Shown here: in pieces, positions 35,759 through 48,700 of the stretch | Layout of the letters: every line of letters begins with the position of its first letter | How positions within the stretch are numbered: the stretch's first letter is position 1 | Position numbers and translations under genes: made by a program | The notes under the pieces: generated by a model | The model's database searches: none | Seen by the model: the letters and a program-made list of their open reading frames with translations, nothing else | What the model was told of the DNA's origin: nothing | Source: Cyanophora paradoxa CCMP329 | Taxonomy: Eukaryota > Plantae > Glaucophyta | Reading direction: 5' to 3' | NCBI GenBank assembly: GCA_004431415.1 | Contig: QPMI01000445.1 | Span: forward strand, 62,001-126,000 | Length of the DNA: 64,000 nucleotides

Positions 35759-37344
35759 CCGCTCCCCCGCGCCCCCCGGCCGCCGTTTCAAGCATCGCAT
35801 CGATGCACCAGATTCATGCAGGGCCCTCTCTCGTTTCAGCCGTAGCCATAGCAGTCGCATCAGACGCAGGCCAGCAGCCGCAGCCGCAGTTTCGATGATA
35901 GCTCCTCATCGCTTACATCGTGTTGGCGACGCCCGTGTCGCGCGCGCGCCACGCGCCTCTCCAGCGCTAGCGCTGCCAGGCTGGCCGGTCATGAGCACTC
36001 CCGTACGCGTGGTCACATGCATATGCGCTTTCAATCCCCCGCCGTGTGTGGTGCCGGTGTGTCTCCATAATTTCTTCTTGTTCGTTTCGTTTAGTTTCCC
36101 GTAGCCCGAGAGTTAGCAGCTCCAATTGTTTCCCGACTTCGCGTGTGTGTAGTTTGAGGCCTAGGTACTAGTAGCTTTATCAGATTTGCTCTTGTTCTTG
36201 CTCTATAGGCTGTCCGCCGTGTATCACCACGAATTCGAATGCGTTTTCAAAATTAACAAAAAAACACACTCATGAGAGCTCTCGTGTTTCATGTTTCTGT
36301 CTGCAGGGCGGAGAGAGCGGCCGGGCTGCAGGGCGCGGCGGCGAAAAGCAGACTAAGCTCGGGGTCGAGAATTTCGAACGGGACAACGGCAGGCGGTGAA
36401 TTCTCGTGTATTCTTGTATTCTTCGAATTCAGCCTTATTGACTGCGTTGAGCCTTGTCGCAATTAATGAGGTTTTGTTGTACATCCGCTTCGAGAGCGGC
36501 CGCAGGCCTAGCCTATAGCTAGGGCGCTGAGGTTAAAAGCAGACGTGGCTATAGTGGCCTGCCGCAGTGCGGCCACCGGCCGCGGGGCACCTGCTGCCGC
36601 CTGCCCTGCTGAGGCTTTAGCAAGGCTAACTTCAACGCTTCTGCCCTCTTGATGCTGGGCCTCGGCCCTCGGGGCCTGGCTCGGGCCTCATCGTGCATTC
36701 GATGACATGAATCACATGATCATGATCATGATCGGAGGGCCTTACGACTCAGTGACTCTCTGCAGCTGAGTCTGATCATTACGAGTTACGAGTCAAAATT
36801 TCTTATAATTAGCTATAGATCACAATTTGAGTCACGATATCGATTGCAAATAAGATCTCGAGCTCACGATCACAATTCGAATTCACGATCATGAATCATA
36901 ATCCGACGTCGACTCGGGCGACATGATCATTGATCAGCGCGCGTTAATTAATATTCAGCTGCACTAGTACTGCGGCACTGCGGCATGCAGCGGCTCGCCG
37001 CGCCGGCGTCTCTCCGGCTCGGCCCTCCATATATAGCTACTATGCCTTCCCCCCCCTCGCCCCCCCCCCCCGGGCCCCCCCCCCCGTGACGTCTCGGAAC
37101 CATTATAAGTTCGCGCCACGTCACGACCCACGTGTACCAATTATTTTTGCAGATCCCGTGTTCACAAGATTTTGGTCCCGTGACTCCCGTCACGACTCCC
37201 GTGAATGCGAAATGCATGTGTTTGCGGACGGAGAATCGTCAGAGATCGGAGCATGCTTACTAAGTTATGCGCGCGCATCCAGCGACCGGTATACCCCCGT
37301 TCGATCATGCGCAGCAGATGTACAGTCTACAGTACAGATCGAAG

Positions 37345-37368
37345 CAGCAGCAGCAGCAGCAGCAGCAG
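37345..37368 (+). repeat. (CAG)8 microsatellite
   Basis: Read directly from the sequence. Confidence 0.8.
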
Positions 37369-37823
37369 GCTAGGCTGCCAGCAGCGCGTCAAATTCGAAG
37401 CTTCGCGCACACGCGTACGTGCGCGCGCGCGTCAGGTCTAGGCCTGCACCAGCCTCGTATACGTAGCGCCAGCTACAGCAAGCCGGCGTCCGGTCGGCGG
37501 TCGATCGGGAGTCGGAAGTTCGGGAGTCGGCCGCGGAAATCGGAACTCCCGGGACGTTCCGAAGCTTCATCCATGCATGTGGCCATGCACATGTCGCCCC
37601 TGCGTTGTACGTGTCCGTCGACGTCGCTGAGCTCGAGGCCTAGGCGCCGTCGCGCGATTGCATATGTCGACGTCGAACAGGCAAGCAGGGCCGGGGCCTA
37701 GAACTTTCCCAGAATTCGAAGCAGGGGTCTAGAATTTCGAACTGCAGCTGCGCTCGCCCATTCCATGGCCAGCCGATAATCGGATGCGCGCGAGCTGACC
37801 AGCCTGGCAGACTGCGCATGCAT

Positions 37824-40800
37824 ATGCAGCTGGACCAAGCGCGCAGGAGTCGGAGGTCAGCGCGCGTGCGTATACGCGTGCACGTGCATGGCGCCGGCCG
37901 CGGACGGCAGCTCCGGCGCATGCGTGCACGTGGACCTCGATCGCGAGCTCCTTCAACCTCGCGCTTGTCGTCTGCGTGGTGGCCGCATGCTTGTGCCCCG
38001 CGGTCCGCGCGCAGTCCTTCTCGGCGTGGGTCTCGAGGAGCGCGATGGCCCCCGGCGAGAGCGTGCGCTGCTCGTGGTACAGCCAGCACTGGACCAGCAG
38101 CGACTTCGTCGCCCTGCGCCGCGTCGAGTCGCACGTCAGCAACTGGCTCCCCGGCGCCGACTCGCCGTTCCTCTCCTCCGCCTCGGGCTCCGCCGACCTG
38201 ACTGTGCCCGCCAACACGGCCGCCGGCACCATCACCTGCTGCTACATCCGGCAGACGGTCACGCAGACGCAGGTGCCCTGGGGCACATGCACGTGGGGCC
38301 TCTGCTGGGGCACAGGCGGCTACACGACCCAGTACACTTACGACTACACGGGACTTTCCTGCAGCTCCAATATTGCCCTTCGATGTGAGTTCAAAATATA
38401 TATTTAATTTGTGCGCGAATTGAATAATATATTGCCGTACTAATCATGATGCTTTGCGCCGCGGCAAATACGCAGGGCCCTACCAGCGCATGACGACGCA
38501 GGCGACGTCCGTCACCGCCGGCGAGACGGTGCGCTGCTCGTGGGAGACCAACGACCGCCTCGCCGGCGACCGCGCCGTCCTGAGCGTCGCCTTCGCCTCG
38601 CCCCTGAACAACACCCTCGACTGGGCGCCCATCGCCACCGACGCCGGCTTCGTCGACTTCCGCGTCCCCTCCTCCGCGCTCGGCCGGTACCAGTGCCACT
38701 ACACCCGCTGCACCGGCGCTGGATGCGGCGTCCAGATCCAAGCCTCGAGCTACAGCTTTGAGGTCGTCGGTGCGCATGCACATGAGCCTCACGCTTGAAA
38801 TGCTCCCTAATTATATAACTATTTATAATATGCCAGATCTCCTTCATCTCCGATCCGTTTTCTAAATTATTTTTTCTTGCAGAGCCGCCGTATTTCTTGG
38901 TGTGGGCGGATCGATCCGAAGCATACCAAGGCGGCGGTATCGGCTGCGCTTTTCGCACGAACAGGCGCTCCGCGAACGACTTCGTGGGCCTGTACCCCCA
39001 GGGCGCCCTGGCCCCCGTGGCCACAGGCGGGCTCCTGCCTCTGGGCCAGTACAACAGCTCCTTCGTGGTCATGTCTGTCCCGGCGGATGCCACGGGGCGC
39101 TACGAGTGCCGGTTTGTCCAGTACACGGGGGCCCCTCCCTACGGCTACGTCCCCCGCAACTACAGCTCGCCGGTCACGATCATCGGTGCGAACGCTGTTG
39201 ACTTCTTGCAATGACCTGCACATAAAAATTTGAGCGTGCTGTTTGCGCGACAGTTCCGCTGTTCAACACGACAGCATCGCCCTCGACGCTCAATTCGACG
39301 GCTGGCGCTCTCGTCCGGTGCAACTGCTCCACCCGCGCCGTTTTCTATGCCCCCTCGGATTTTGTGGGGCTCTACCCTGCGGGCGAGCTCAACACCAGCG
39401 CCTCCTTTCTCACCTCCCGGGCCGTCCCGACGTACGGCAGCTGCAACCTCGCCCAGTCGTACCTCCTGCCAGTCCCCGCGGGGTTCGAGGGCGCCCTCGA
39501 GTGCCGCTACGTCCGTCGCTCGGGGTCCTATTCGGGCGGCGTGTGGATCCCGCGCTACGAGATGAAGGCTCGCAGCGACCGCGTCCTGGTCCTCGCTCCT
39601 AGAGCTCTCAATCCTCCCACTAGTACTGCAAATAACACCGGTGCGCATCCAGCCCGCGGCTAGACGCTGCGCATGCGCAAGAAAATTGCAGTTGCATCTG
39701 CTAGCGCTCTTCACTTTTAATTTCTGGCGTGCGCGTGCACACGCACAGGTTCTGGTCCCCTTGTCCCTACTCCGACGCCCATGCCCGCCGACGCTGCGGA
39801 ACCTGTCGAGTTCAACGTAACGATCTCGCCCGAGGCGGCCGCGCCCGGCTCGGCTGTGCTCTGCTCCTGGTGGAGCAGCTCCGGATCCGGCGCCTGGCGC
39901 AACGAGACGGACGCCATCGCGCTGTACCCCGTCGAGGAGCTCCCCTTCAGCGTCGCCTTCGTCGCCTCCGCAGAGATTCGAGCGAACTCAATCCCCGCGG
40001 CTGTCCAGCTGCGGGTGCCTTCGGAGGCAGGGGCCGGGGCCCTCTTCGAGTGTCGCTTCGTCCGGTTCGAAGGATCCGATCGCGAGATGGTCTCCATGCT
40101 TGCACGCAGCCGTACGCTTCGCGTAGTCCTCCCCGGTGCGCGCGATGAACTCTGGTGAGCTTATCGCGTTTCTTAAATTCGAATTCGCGTGTACAGCTCC
40201 AACGTACAACATGTCCGTCCAGTGGACGCCAAGGGGCGCGTCGAGCAGTATTGGGAACACTACTTCAACACTGGAGAGGGGCCGCATCCGCTGCACGTAC
40301 AGCGCCAGTGCCGGGTCGCCCTCTGGCTCGTCGGACTTCGTGGCGGTCTTCAGAGCTGGAGTGAACAGCAGTGAGCCGTCTGCAGCGGCAGGGGCACCGG
40401 CGTGGCTCGACCGCGCGGCTCAGAACGGCTCCGCCTCGTTTCCGATCGCGGTAGGGATGGAGGGCGACTTCGAGTGCCGCTACGTTCGGCGCGCGCCAGT
40501 CGGCCCGGGTCTATTGCAGTTTGTTTTCGAGTTCCAGATGCTGGCGCGTTCGTCGGCTGTGCAGTTGCCCAAGCGTGAGCACAGCTTACACTGTGGTATA
40601 CGTATATCAATCAATTTATCTAATTCGCAATCGTTTGCGCAGCGTCGTTTGCCGTGATGGTGGATGTTTCGAACGCCACCGCGGGCTCGACGATCCGATG
40701 CAACTTCACGAGCTCGAACGGCTTTGTTTCAGGTCGAAGCTTCCTTGGACTCTACCTGGCAAGTCAGCCGCTCACGAGCGGGAACCATCTGTCCTGGTCC

Positions 40801-43800
40801 GAGTGGCTCCCCTTCGGCCTTGGATCGGGGCTCTTCGAGTTTCGAACTCCTCTGGGACAGCCCGGAAGATATGAGTGCCGATACATGGAAGTAACCGGCC
40901 TCTCGTGCCCGTCGTGCACCTATCAAATGAGAGCAAGGAGCACAAGTGTGCATGTCACCGGTGCGCTACACGTGCAAGAGCATGCGCAAAAGCAATATCA
41001 AATTTAAATACGAAGCTCATCGTTTTTTTGTATCGCAGTTCCTCCCGCAGTCTTTTCGACTTCATTGTATTTTCAGGGAACTCCGCTACAGGCAAACGCG
41101 CGCGTTTTGTCGGGAGTGTCTTTGTCTTGCGCTTTTAATGTGACTGCGGGAGCGCAATCTCAAGGAGATTTTATTGGCTTGTACTACTCGCCAACGGCGA
41201 GTAATATCACCTCGAGTGCGTTCAATCCTCCGATTGCGTCTGCATCGCTCGGCCTGGCACCGAACAGCAGTGGATTTGTAACTCTTGTGACTTCGGCATT
41301 CATATCTGGTCAAGTAGAGTGCCGCTACGTCAGACGCGCAGTCACCCTGTCTGGATCGCTTCAATTTGCACCGAAAGCCAGAAGCACTCCAGTTTTCCTC
41401 GTTGGTGCGCGCACCAGTAATCTTGTGAAGTAATCATGATTTTGTGATCATGATTTATTTTCTTTTGCATTGCAGCCGTAGAGCTCATGATCAACTATAC
41501 AGTCACTGCCTCTGCGATTCTTCAAAATGGGTCCACCACTTTCGCAGAACACGGCGAGTACGTTGCCCCTGGAGAATTAGTAAGATGCCGTTTCTCTGCG
41601 TCTGCAATTAGAAAATCGCTGGAGACGTCGACGGATATTATTGGGATTGACCAACTGCAAGCATCAGCCTGGAAGCCATCCGATTTCGTAGAGCTCTTTG
41701 ACACCTTCGGGTATCAAATATCGTCTGCGGTCCGTTACATTCAAGGATCTTCATCGTACCTTGATTTTGTGCTTCCCGAACTTGAATTCGCTACGACGTC
41801 GTTCGGTATTGGCTCAAAAACGGTCGGGTGCCGTCTAATGAGACGCGAAGTCAGTCCAACCTCAGCGGGGTCGTACTGGTTTACTACGCTTGCTTCTAGC
41901 CCAGTGCTCAGCGTGCGAAGTGCGGTTTTTTATTTTTCTTGTCTTGCACGTACACGTATTTCATTGGTGCTTACATATTCTTCGACGTACATGTACAGGC
42001 GGCCTCCGGCAGCGCCTTTCTCAGTTGAGCGAGAGAAGAGTGTCTGCTTTTCTGTCCAATGCGATCTACTCTTTAAAGGACAGCAGTATGAACACCCCTC
42101 TTCGTCAATCCATTATTAGCTCGGACGGCAGACTGTCAGTCTTCGTGCACGGGAGCACATCGACAATCTTTGTCATCTTTCGAGGTGAGAATCGTCAACT
42201 GCTATGTAAAACCAACAATTAATCTGAGATTGGTCGAATACTTTAATATACTCAGGGACTCAAGATTTTGTGGATGTGATCACAGATGTGGCCATTGTGC
42301 AAATTCCATGCATCCTAAATGGAAAGTTTTGTGGCGGAGTTCATTCTGGATTTTATGTAATGTATAGCACGTGCGTGCATGAAATTCGAATTTCGAATTT
42401 TCAAAGAGCACTTAAACTTCAAGATATAGCTGGATCTCTCATTGCTGGTTTTCTCAGACTTCGAACTGAAGTCCGGAGTGCAATTTGCAACGTTAACACA
42501 GGCGATCTGGGACCTAACCCTCGCGTCGTTTTTACTGGTGCGCTGATCATCATACAATCTCGCTTAGTCAAGCGCTAGCTCACTGAGTCATAGGGCACTC
42601 TCTTGGAGGTGCTTTGGCGACGCTTGCTGCTGCTGACTTGGTGACAGCCTCGAGCCCTGGGTGTCCTACGCTTCAACAGAACGCAGCTCGAGTGGAGCTC
42701 ATTACGTTTGGATCGCCGAAAGTGGGCGACCCTGTCTTTGCAATCTGGTTCCAAAGTTTGCAGATTCCAGTTACGGCATACGTGCGGACCAGCTCCGACA
42801 AGCAGAGGCACGACCTTGTGGCAACTCTTCCACCAAATCTGGGGTACTTTTACGATCACGTTCACTTCGAGCCTACGTACCTGCCTTGCGCTTTCGGGGA
42901 TCCCGGAGCAGGTTGCTCCCCAGCCTTTACCGTGAAGGGCACCCTCGTGGCGGCTGCTGGGGTACTGGTCTCACATCTTGTGGTCCAAACGGCCATTATA
43001 GAATACGGCTTGAAGAAAGCGCCTGTGATCGTGGAAGCAGCGGTGGACTGGACAGTGTCGAGGGCCAAAGCCGCGTGGAACACATTCTCGGGCTGGTTCT
43101 CGCGACGTAGGCGTCTGTCTTGGAACTCACTTGAGGAAGCCGCTCTGTTTTTTACATCGGCGGCTACTGGGGGCTTAGGTCTTCACGACATGCAGGACTA
43201 TTGCAAGCGCTTGCTGGCTGGGTCGAGCAGCGAATGCGCCCTCCTCCTCGAAACAGAGACTTATGCATCGGGCTCCCGATCAAGAGTCCTATCTGCGACA
43301 GATACGGCGTCGACAAGTCTTCTGGGCCTTGAAGGCAAATGCTTTCATGTATTGTTTCTTTTTACACTCGCTACCTGCTTTCAATCGTTTGACACTACAT
43401 GTGAATTGCGTAGACGCAGCCATGTACATCGGACCAGACACACTCGAGATTCGTTCGCCTCCGATGGATGCTCTGCTGAATGCGACGGTGTACTTCTCGA
43501 ACGTCGGCACCGTCGGCGCGAACATAACGGTTCTCGTCGACCCCGAGGAGGCCGCAGAGTACCTGACGCTACCCGCCCAGTTCTTCTCTGTTGAGGCGCG
43601 CGGTCTCGCCGTCTTCCCCGTCTTCATCAACGCCAGCGTCGCCCGCACGGCGGCCGTCACGTTATACTTTGTTGTCCACTTCGACATTTCGAAGAACCTC
43701 TCCGCGGCCTTGGGCCTTCCGCAGAGCGTCCTCGATGCCGTGCCGCTGTCCATCCGAATCGACGGTGCGGAATTTATTCAAAGCAGCAGTTTCCATGACC

Positions 43801-44826
43801 GTGCCGCCCGGCTCACGCCCCGTGCACAGAAAGCATCAAAGAGAAGCCGGAACCGCCCGTTATCGAGACGAAACGCGACGTCGACGCCGGCGGCGCGAGC
43901 TCGAGCCAGGAAAAGCTGCCCTACAGCCGGACGTCGGCGCTGGCCGCCCTCGCGCTCGACTACCCGTTCGCGGCGTGGGGCGCGAGCCCGGAGCCGGCGG
44001 GGCGCTTCACGGCGGCGTTCGCGCAGAAGTTCGGGCTCTCGCCCTCCCGCGTGCGCATCCTGGCGGCGCGGGCCGGCAGCACGGTGGTCGAGCTCGAGGT
44101 GCTGGAGGCGGACGGCAGGGCCGGCGCCGCCGACGAGCCGTCGGCCGAGTACGTCGGGCGCAGCCTGCAGGCGCAGATCGACGCCGGCATCTTCGCCCTC
44201 GGCTTCGAGTTCCCCTTCCTCTCCGGCTCCGTCGCCCGTGCGCCTCTGCTTCGGACCTTGACTTTGCAGTCGCGCACTCACACGTGCACGCCGCCCTGCC
44301 AGTGCCGGAGCCGGAGACGCCGCAGCCGCCGTCGAGCGTCTTCGCGCAGACCACCCCGTCCCCCTCTCCGGTCGCCTACGAAGAGCCGGCGGCCGCCCCC
44401 ACTGCGGCGCCAACTGCAGAGTTGGTACCGGTACCGGTGCCAGAGCCGACGTCACCCCCTTCGAGTTCGGGGGGCGGCGGGGGCCCGCTAGACCCCGCAC
44501 CGACCCCGTCCGGACGCCCCGAGAACGAGCTCGCTGCGGAGGTCGCGGTTGTCTCCAACCCGGGAGGGCCGGCGGGCACCGGACCCGGCACCGGCGCTGC
44601 CGGCCAGGGTGCCGGTGACGGCAATTCAAAGCGCGAGAATGAATTCGAAGCCAACGGGAGCTCCGGCGGCGTCAACGCAGGGGCGGTCGCCGGTGGCGTC
44701 ATTGCTGCGGTCGCCGTCGTGGCTGCCGTGGCTGCCGCGACCTTTGTGGTTATCCAGCGGCGAGGCGTGTCGGCCGCAGGGCCGGATGCGGAGCGCGGCT
44801 CAGCAGTGCCGATCATCGTCATGTAG
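37824..44826 (+). CDS. type I membrane protein: signal peptide, 9 Ig/SKICH-like repeats, class-3 lipase, Ig-like domain, SEA-like domain, P/S/T stalk, TM helix
   Basis: Signal-like FNLALVVCVVAACLCPAVRA-Q; repeats VxCxW...DFVGLY...YECRYV...ARS; lipase IFVIFRGT, VHSGFY, FTGHSLGGALA, ITFGSPKVGD, DLVATLPP, HDMQDY; RVRILAARAGSTVVELEV; TM AVAGGVIAAVAVVAAVAAATFVVI-QRR. First exon and start are tentative. Confidence 0.85.
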
Positions 44827-45030
44827 GCTTTCTATTCGAATTCCCTTCGAATCCCTTGGCGAGCTTCGAATTCGCTTGCCAGAAATGAAATCTTCATAAA
44901 TATTAATTATAATGCCAGTACTAGTATCCATTCTATTCAATTTCGATTAGCTCATCAATGAACCTTTTCGTCGCCGTCACTGTGCCTTATATATAAAATT
45001 AGCTGATACCATATATAGCTATATTTATTT

Positions 45031-45078
45031 TGTTTCGATCCCAAACTATATACCTGTTTCGATCCCAAACTATATACC
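45031..45078. repeat. perfect 24-bp tandem duplication
   Basis: TGTTTCGATCCCAAACTATATACC x2. Confidence 0.85.
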
Positions 45079-45327
45079 TGATCATGCATATGGTGATCAT
45101 GAATTTATGTTTTCGATTTGAAATTATGGTCAGGATATCGATAGCAGTATTTTGTTTGAACACAGCTGCAGCGCATGCCACACGCACTGCGCATTCGGAG
45201 CTGCAGCGTTGCTTGAACAAATTAAAGGCGAAGGGGATGAAGAGTGAGCTGTGGCATGCAAAACAGAAAGAAACTGTAACTAATCTAGATCTGATGCTTA
45301 CTGTTTCAAAGAGGCCTGGGCCTGGAT

Positions 45328-45679
45328 CTACCAGTCGCCGTCCCCGCGCAGCACGGCCTTCAGGTCGGGCCGCTGCTTGAGCTCCTCCGCCAGCTGCCGG
45401 AGGTCACGCGCTCGCTCGCTCGCGCGCTTGCTCGCGGGGCGGGGCGGGGCGGGGGACCTGGTGGAGGTCGGAGTGGAGCTCCTCCAGCGCCGCCCGGTGG
45501 TACAGCGGCACCAGGAAGCTGCGCGCCCCTCGTCAGCGAGGCGGGCCTGGGGCGGGGCGGGGCGGGCCTGGGGCGCATGTCGACGCCGTTGAGGCGGACG
45601 CGGCAGCAGGCGGGGTCGAGGAGGCGCGCGTTGTCGGCCAGCAGGCGCCGGAACAGCCGAAACTCCTCCTTCGTCGCCT

Positions 45680-45712
<33 letters not shown>

Positions 45713-48700
45713 GGGGGGGGGGGATGATGAGTACGTTGTTGCCTCCAGAGCCAAGGGAGGGGGCGGGGCGGGGCGGGGTGGAGGGGGTACCCGGATGCCG
45801 TGGATCATGAGCTGCTTCGTGACGGGGTCGACGGCGCCCTGGGCGAGCTGGAGGATCTGCCGGGGCGGGCGGCCTCGGCGGGGCTCCACGGCGGGCCGGG
45901 CCGGGCGCGCGGCAGAGGACCCTACCTTCACGGGGTCCATCTTCTCCTTGACGTCCGCGTAGCCGACGAGCAGGACGGGGGCCCCCGCCCGCGTCCTGCG
46001 CACCCCGGGCCCCGCCTGAGGCGCGACCCGAGCGCGCGGCGGGCCGGGGCGGGGGCGGGGCCGGGCCTGTGCGCCGACTTGATGTAGAAGACGATGTCCG
46101 AGGCGCCCGACTCGCGCTGCAGCCCGTGGTGCCGCACCCCGTCCTGCCCCCGCGCCCCCGGCTCGAGGACGGCGGGGCGGGCGGGGCGGGGCGGGGCGGA
46201 CGCGGATGAACTTGACGAAGAGGATGGTGAGGGACTCCTTGAGGTCCCGCAGGGGGTCCCCCGTCGTCGCCCGGTTCAGCTCCGCCATCCGCGTCATGAA
46301 GCCCGGCGCGCTGTGCATCTGCGACCTGCGCACCGCACGCGTCGGCTCGATCGCGAGGCGAGGGCGGCGCCGGGGGGAGGGGGGGGGGGGGGGGGGGCGG
46401 GGCCCGGGCGCCCGCACATGTGCGTCCCGATGCTCTGCGCGAGGCCCCGGCGGGGCGTGTCGGATCGCATGCCGCAGCTGCAGCGGGGCGAGGTGCACGC
46501 GGGCGGCCGCGCGCACCTCGACGTCCGTCCACGCGGGCAGCGCGCAGACGTCGACCCGCGCGGCGTCGTGCGCCGGCCCCTGCGCGCCCCCGCCGCGTGA
46601 GGCAGCGCGCCGCGGACCGGCGGGCGCGCCGGAGCCGGCGCCGCACCTTCGGGAGGAGGAAGACGGCGCGGGCCGAGCCGGGCGGCGCGGGGCCCCGCAC
46701 TGCTCCTTGTGACCCGCGTTCCAGTGCGCCCGCTGGCAGTCCCGCCCGCAGTAGCACGCCGCCTGGCAGCTGCCGCGCAGCGGTGAGGCGAGGCGGGCGC
46801 GCGCGGGCGAGCGGGAGCGGGCGGCACCGCGCGCAGGCACGGAGGGAAGCGCCCGGGGCGGCGGTCGCCCCGCAGGCGGCGCAACTCGCCTCGAGCTCCG
46901 GCTCCGCCTCCAGCGGGTGCAGGCACGCCGCCGTCACGCTCCGCCCGTCTGCGCGCGCCCCGCCCCCGTCGGCCGAGAGTGCGGGAGAGGGCGGTCGGGC
47001 GGGGCTCGCCCTGGGAGCGGAAGAGGACGAGGTGGCGGTCTTGGATGCTGGCGGTGACGGGCCCGCGCGCCGCGCCGCCGAAGTCGACGGCCGCCCTGTA
47101 CCCGCCCTCCGTCTCGCGCAGGTCGACGCCGGGCGCCTCGAGCGCCGGCTCGGGCGGGGGCCGGGCGGCGAGGGCGGAGCGGGGCACGGGGGGCCCGCCG
47201 GGCAGCGCCCGGAGCTCCGAGTAGCGCAGGGGGCTCGCGGCGATGCCCTCGCCGGTCTCCGCGGCGGTGAAGACGACCTGGGCGTCGGCGGCGGCGGCGG
47301 CGGCGTGGAGCTCGGCCGGCACGAGGAGGCCGACGGTGCCCGTCCAGTGGTCGAAGTCGAGCAGGTCGAAGGCGGCGTGCGTGCCGCCGTCGGCCAGCCC
47401 GCCCCCGCCCGTGGCGACGAGGAGGCGGACCATGGGGCAGGGCACCGCGGAGGCGCCGGGCCCGAGGAGCGAGGCCATGAAGCCGGTGGCGAGCGCGGGC
47501 GGGAGCGGCACGGGCGCCGGCGCCAGCTGCACGTACACGAGCCCCTCCTCGCCGCCAGCGCCGTCCAGGCCCGCCAGCGCCCGCGCCACGCGCCACTGGG
47601 CGGCGAGCGAGGGGCGCGCGGGGTACCCCGCCGGCAGGCCGCTCCCGACGGCGCGGGCGGCGACGAGCGCGTCGGCCATGCGCAGCAGCTCCGCGGGGTT
47701 CGACACCCGCCCCACCAGGTCGGCGACCGTCGCAGCGAAGAGGTACAGCGTCGAGTGCGACGGCTGCTTCGCCCGCCTCTTGCCCTGCGCGCGCGCGGGG
47801 AGTCGGCGCCGGCCGCGGCGGGCCGTGCGGGAGCGGCTGCGGCGCACCCCGCCCAGAGAGCCGGCGTGGTGCGCGGCGCGGTCGGCAAGCTCGGAGAGCG
47901 CTCTGCCCAGCGGAGTCAAGAGAAGCCGCGAAAGGGTCGGGGGCGGGGCGCCACTGATGGACGGGGTCTCCCTCGGCGACGCGCAGGGCCGTCGGGGGGC
48001 CGCGGAGGGTGGGGCGCTTCCACGTGAGGACGACCTCGAGCGCCGAGTTGCACTGCCGCCGGCCGGCTCGGGCCGGGGGGGAGAGTGCAGCGGGCTCCGG
48101 CGAGGGGGCGCCGGCGCACCTGCTCGACGGCAAGCGCCGGCGGCGGCCGCGCGAACTTCAGCATCGCGTCCACGTCCTGCGCGGCCGGGCGCTCGGGAGT
48201 TCAGAGGGGGCGCGGGGGCGGGAGGGCCGGCGCCGCACGGTGGCGAGGCGGAGGCCGAGGAGGGTCGGGGCGAGCTCCGCGGGGAAGCCCAGCTCCTCGA
48301 GGAGGTACTCTCTGGGCGAAGGGGGTCAACGCGCGGGCGCGGGGGCGCGGGGCGGGGGCGGGCCGGGGGTCGGAGTGGGCGTTGCTCCACTTCATGGAGG
48401 TCGTCGCGAGGGCGGCGTGGTCGGCCTCCTTCAGCCGCCACCCGCACGCCGCCAGCAGCGGCCACAGCCCTGCCGCCCGCTCGCTCTGCGCGCGCGCGGG
48501 GTCGCCCGGGGGGCGCGGGCACCCTCGTTGTCGGCGAGGTTGGAGCCGTCGATGAAGTCAAAGCGCTCGTCCGCCGGCAGCGCCCCCGCCCCGCCCCCGC
48601 TCGCCCCGTCCCAGCAGAGCTGCCCCCGGCGCCCGCGGCGTTCGAGGAGATGGGAGCGGAGTGGCGGGCGGGCGGGGCACCTGGATGCCGTCGGCGGCGT

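Noticed and set aside
45681-45723. Long poly-G tract (also poly-C at about 24254-24290) as a functional G-quadruplex
   Set aside because: Homopolymer length is unreliable in assemblies, and G/C runs are ubiquitous in these introns
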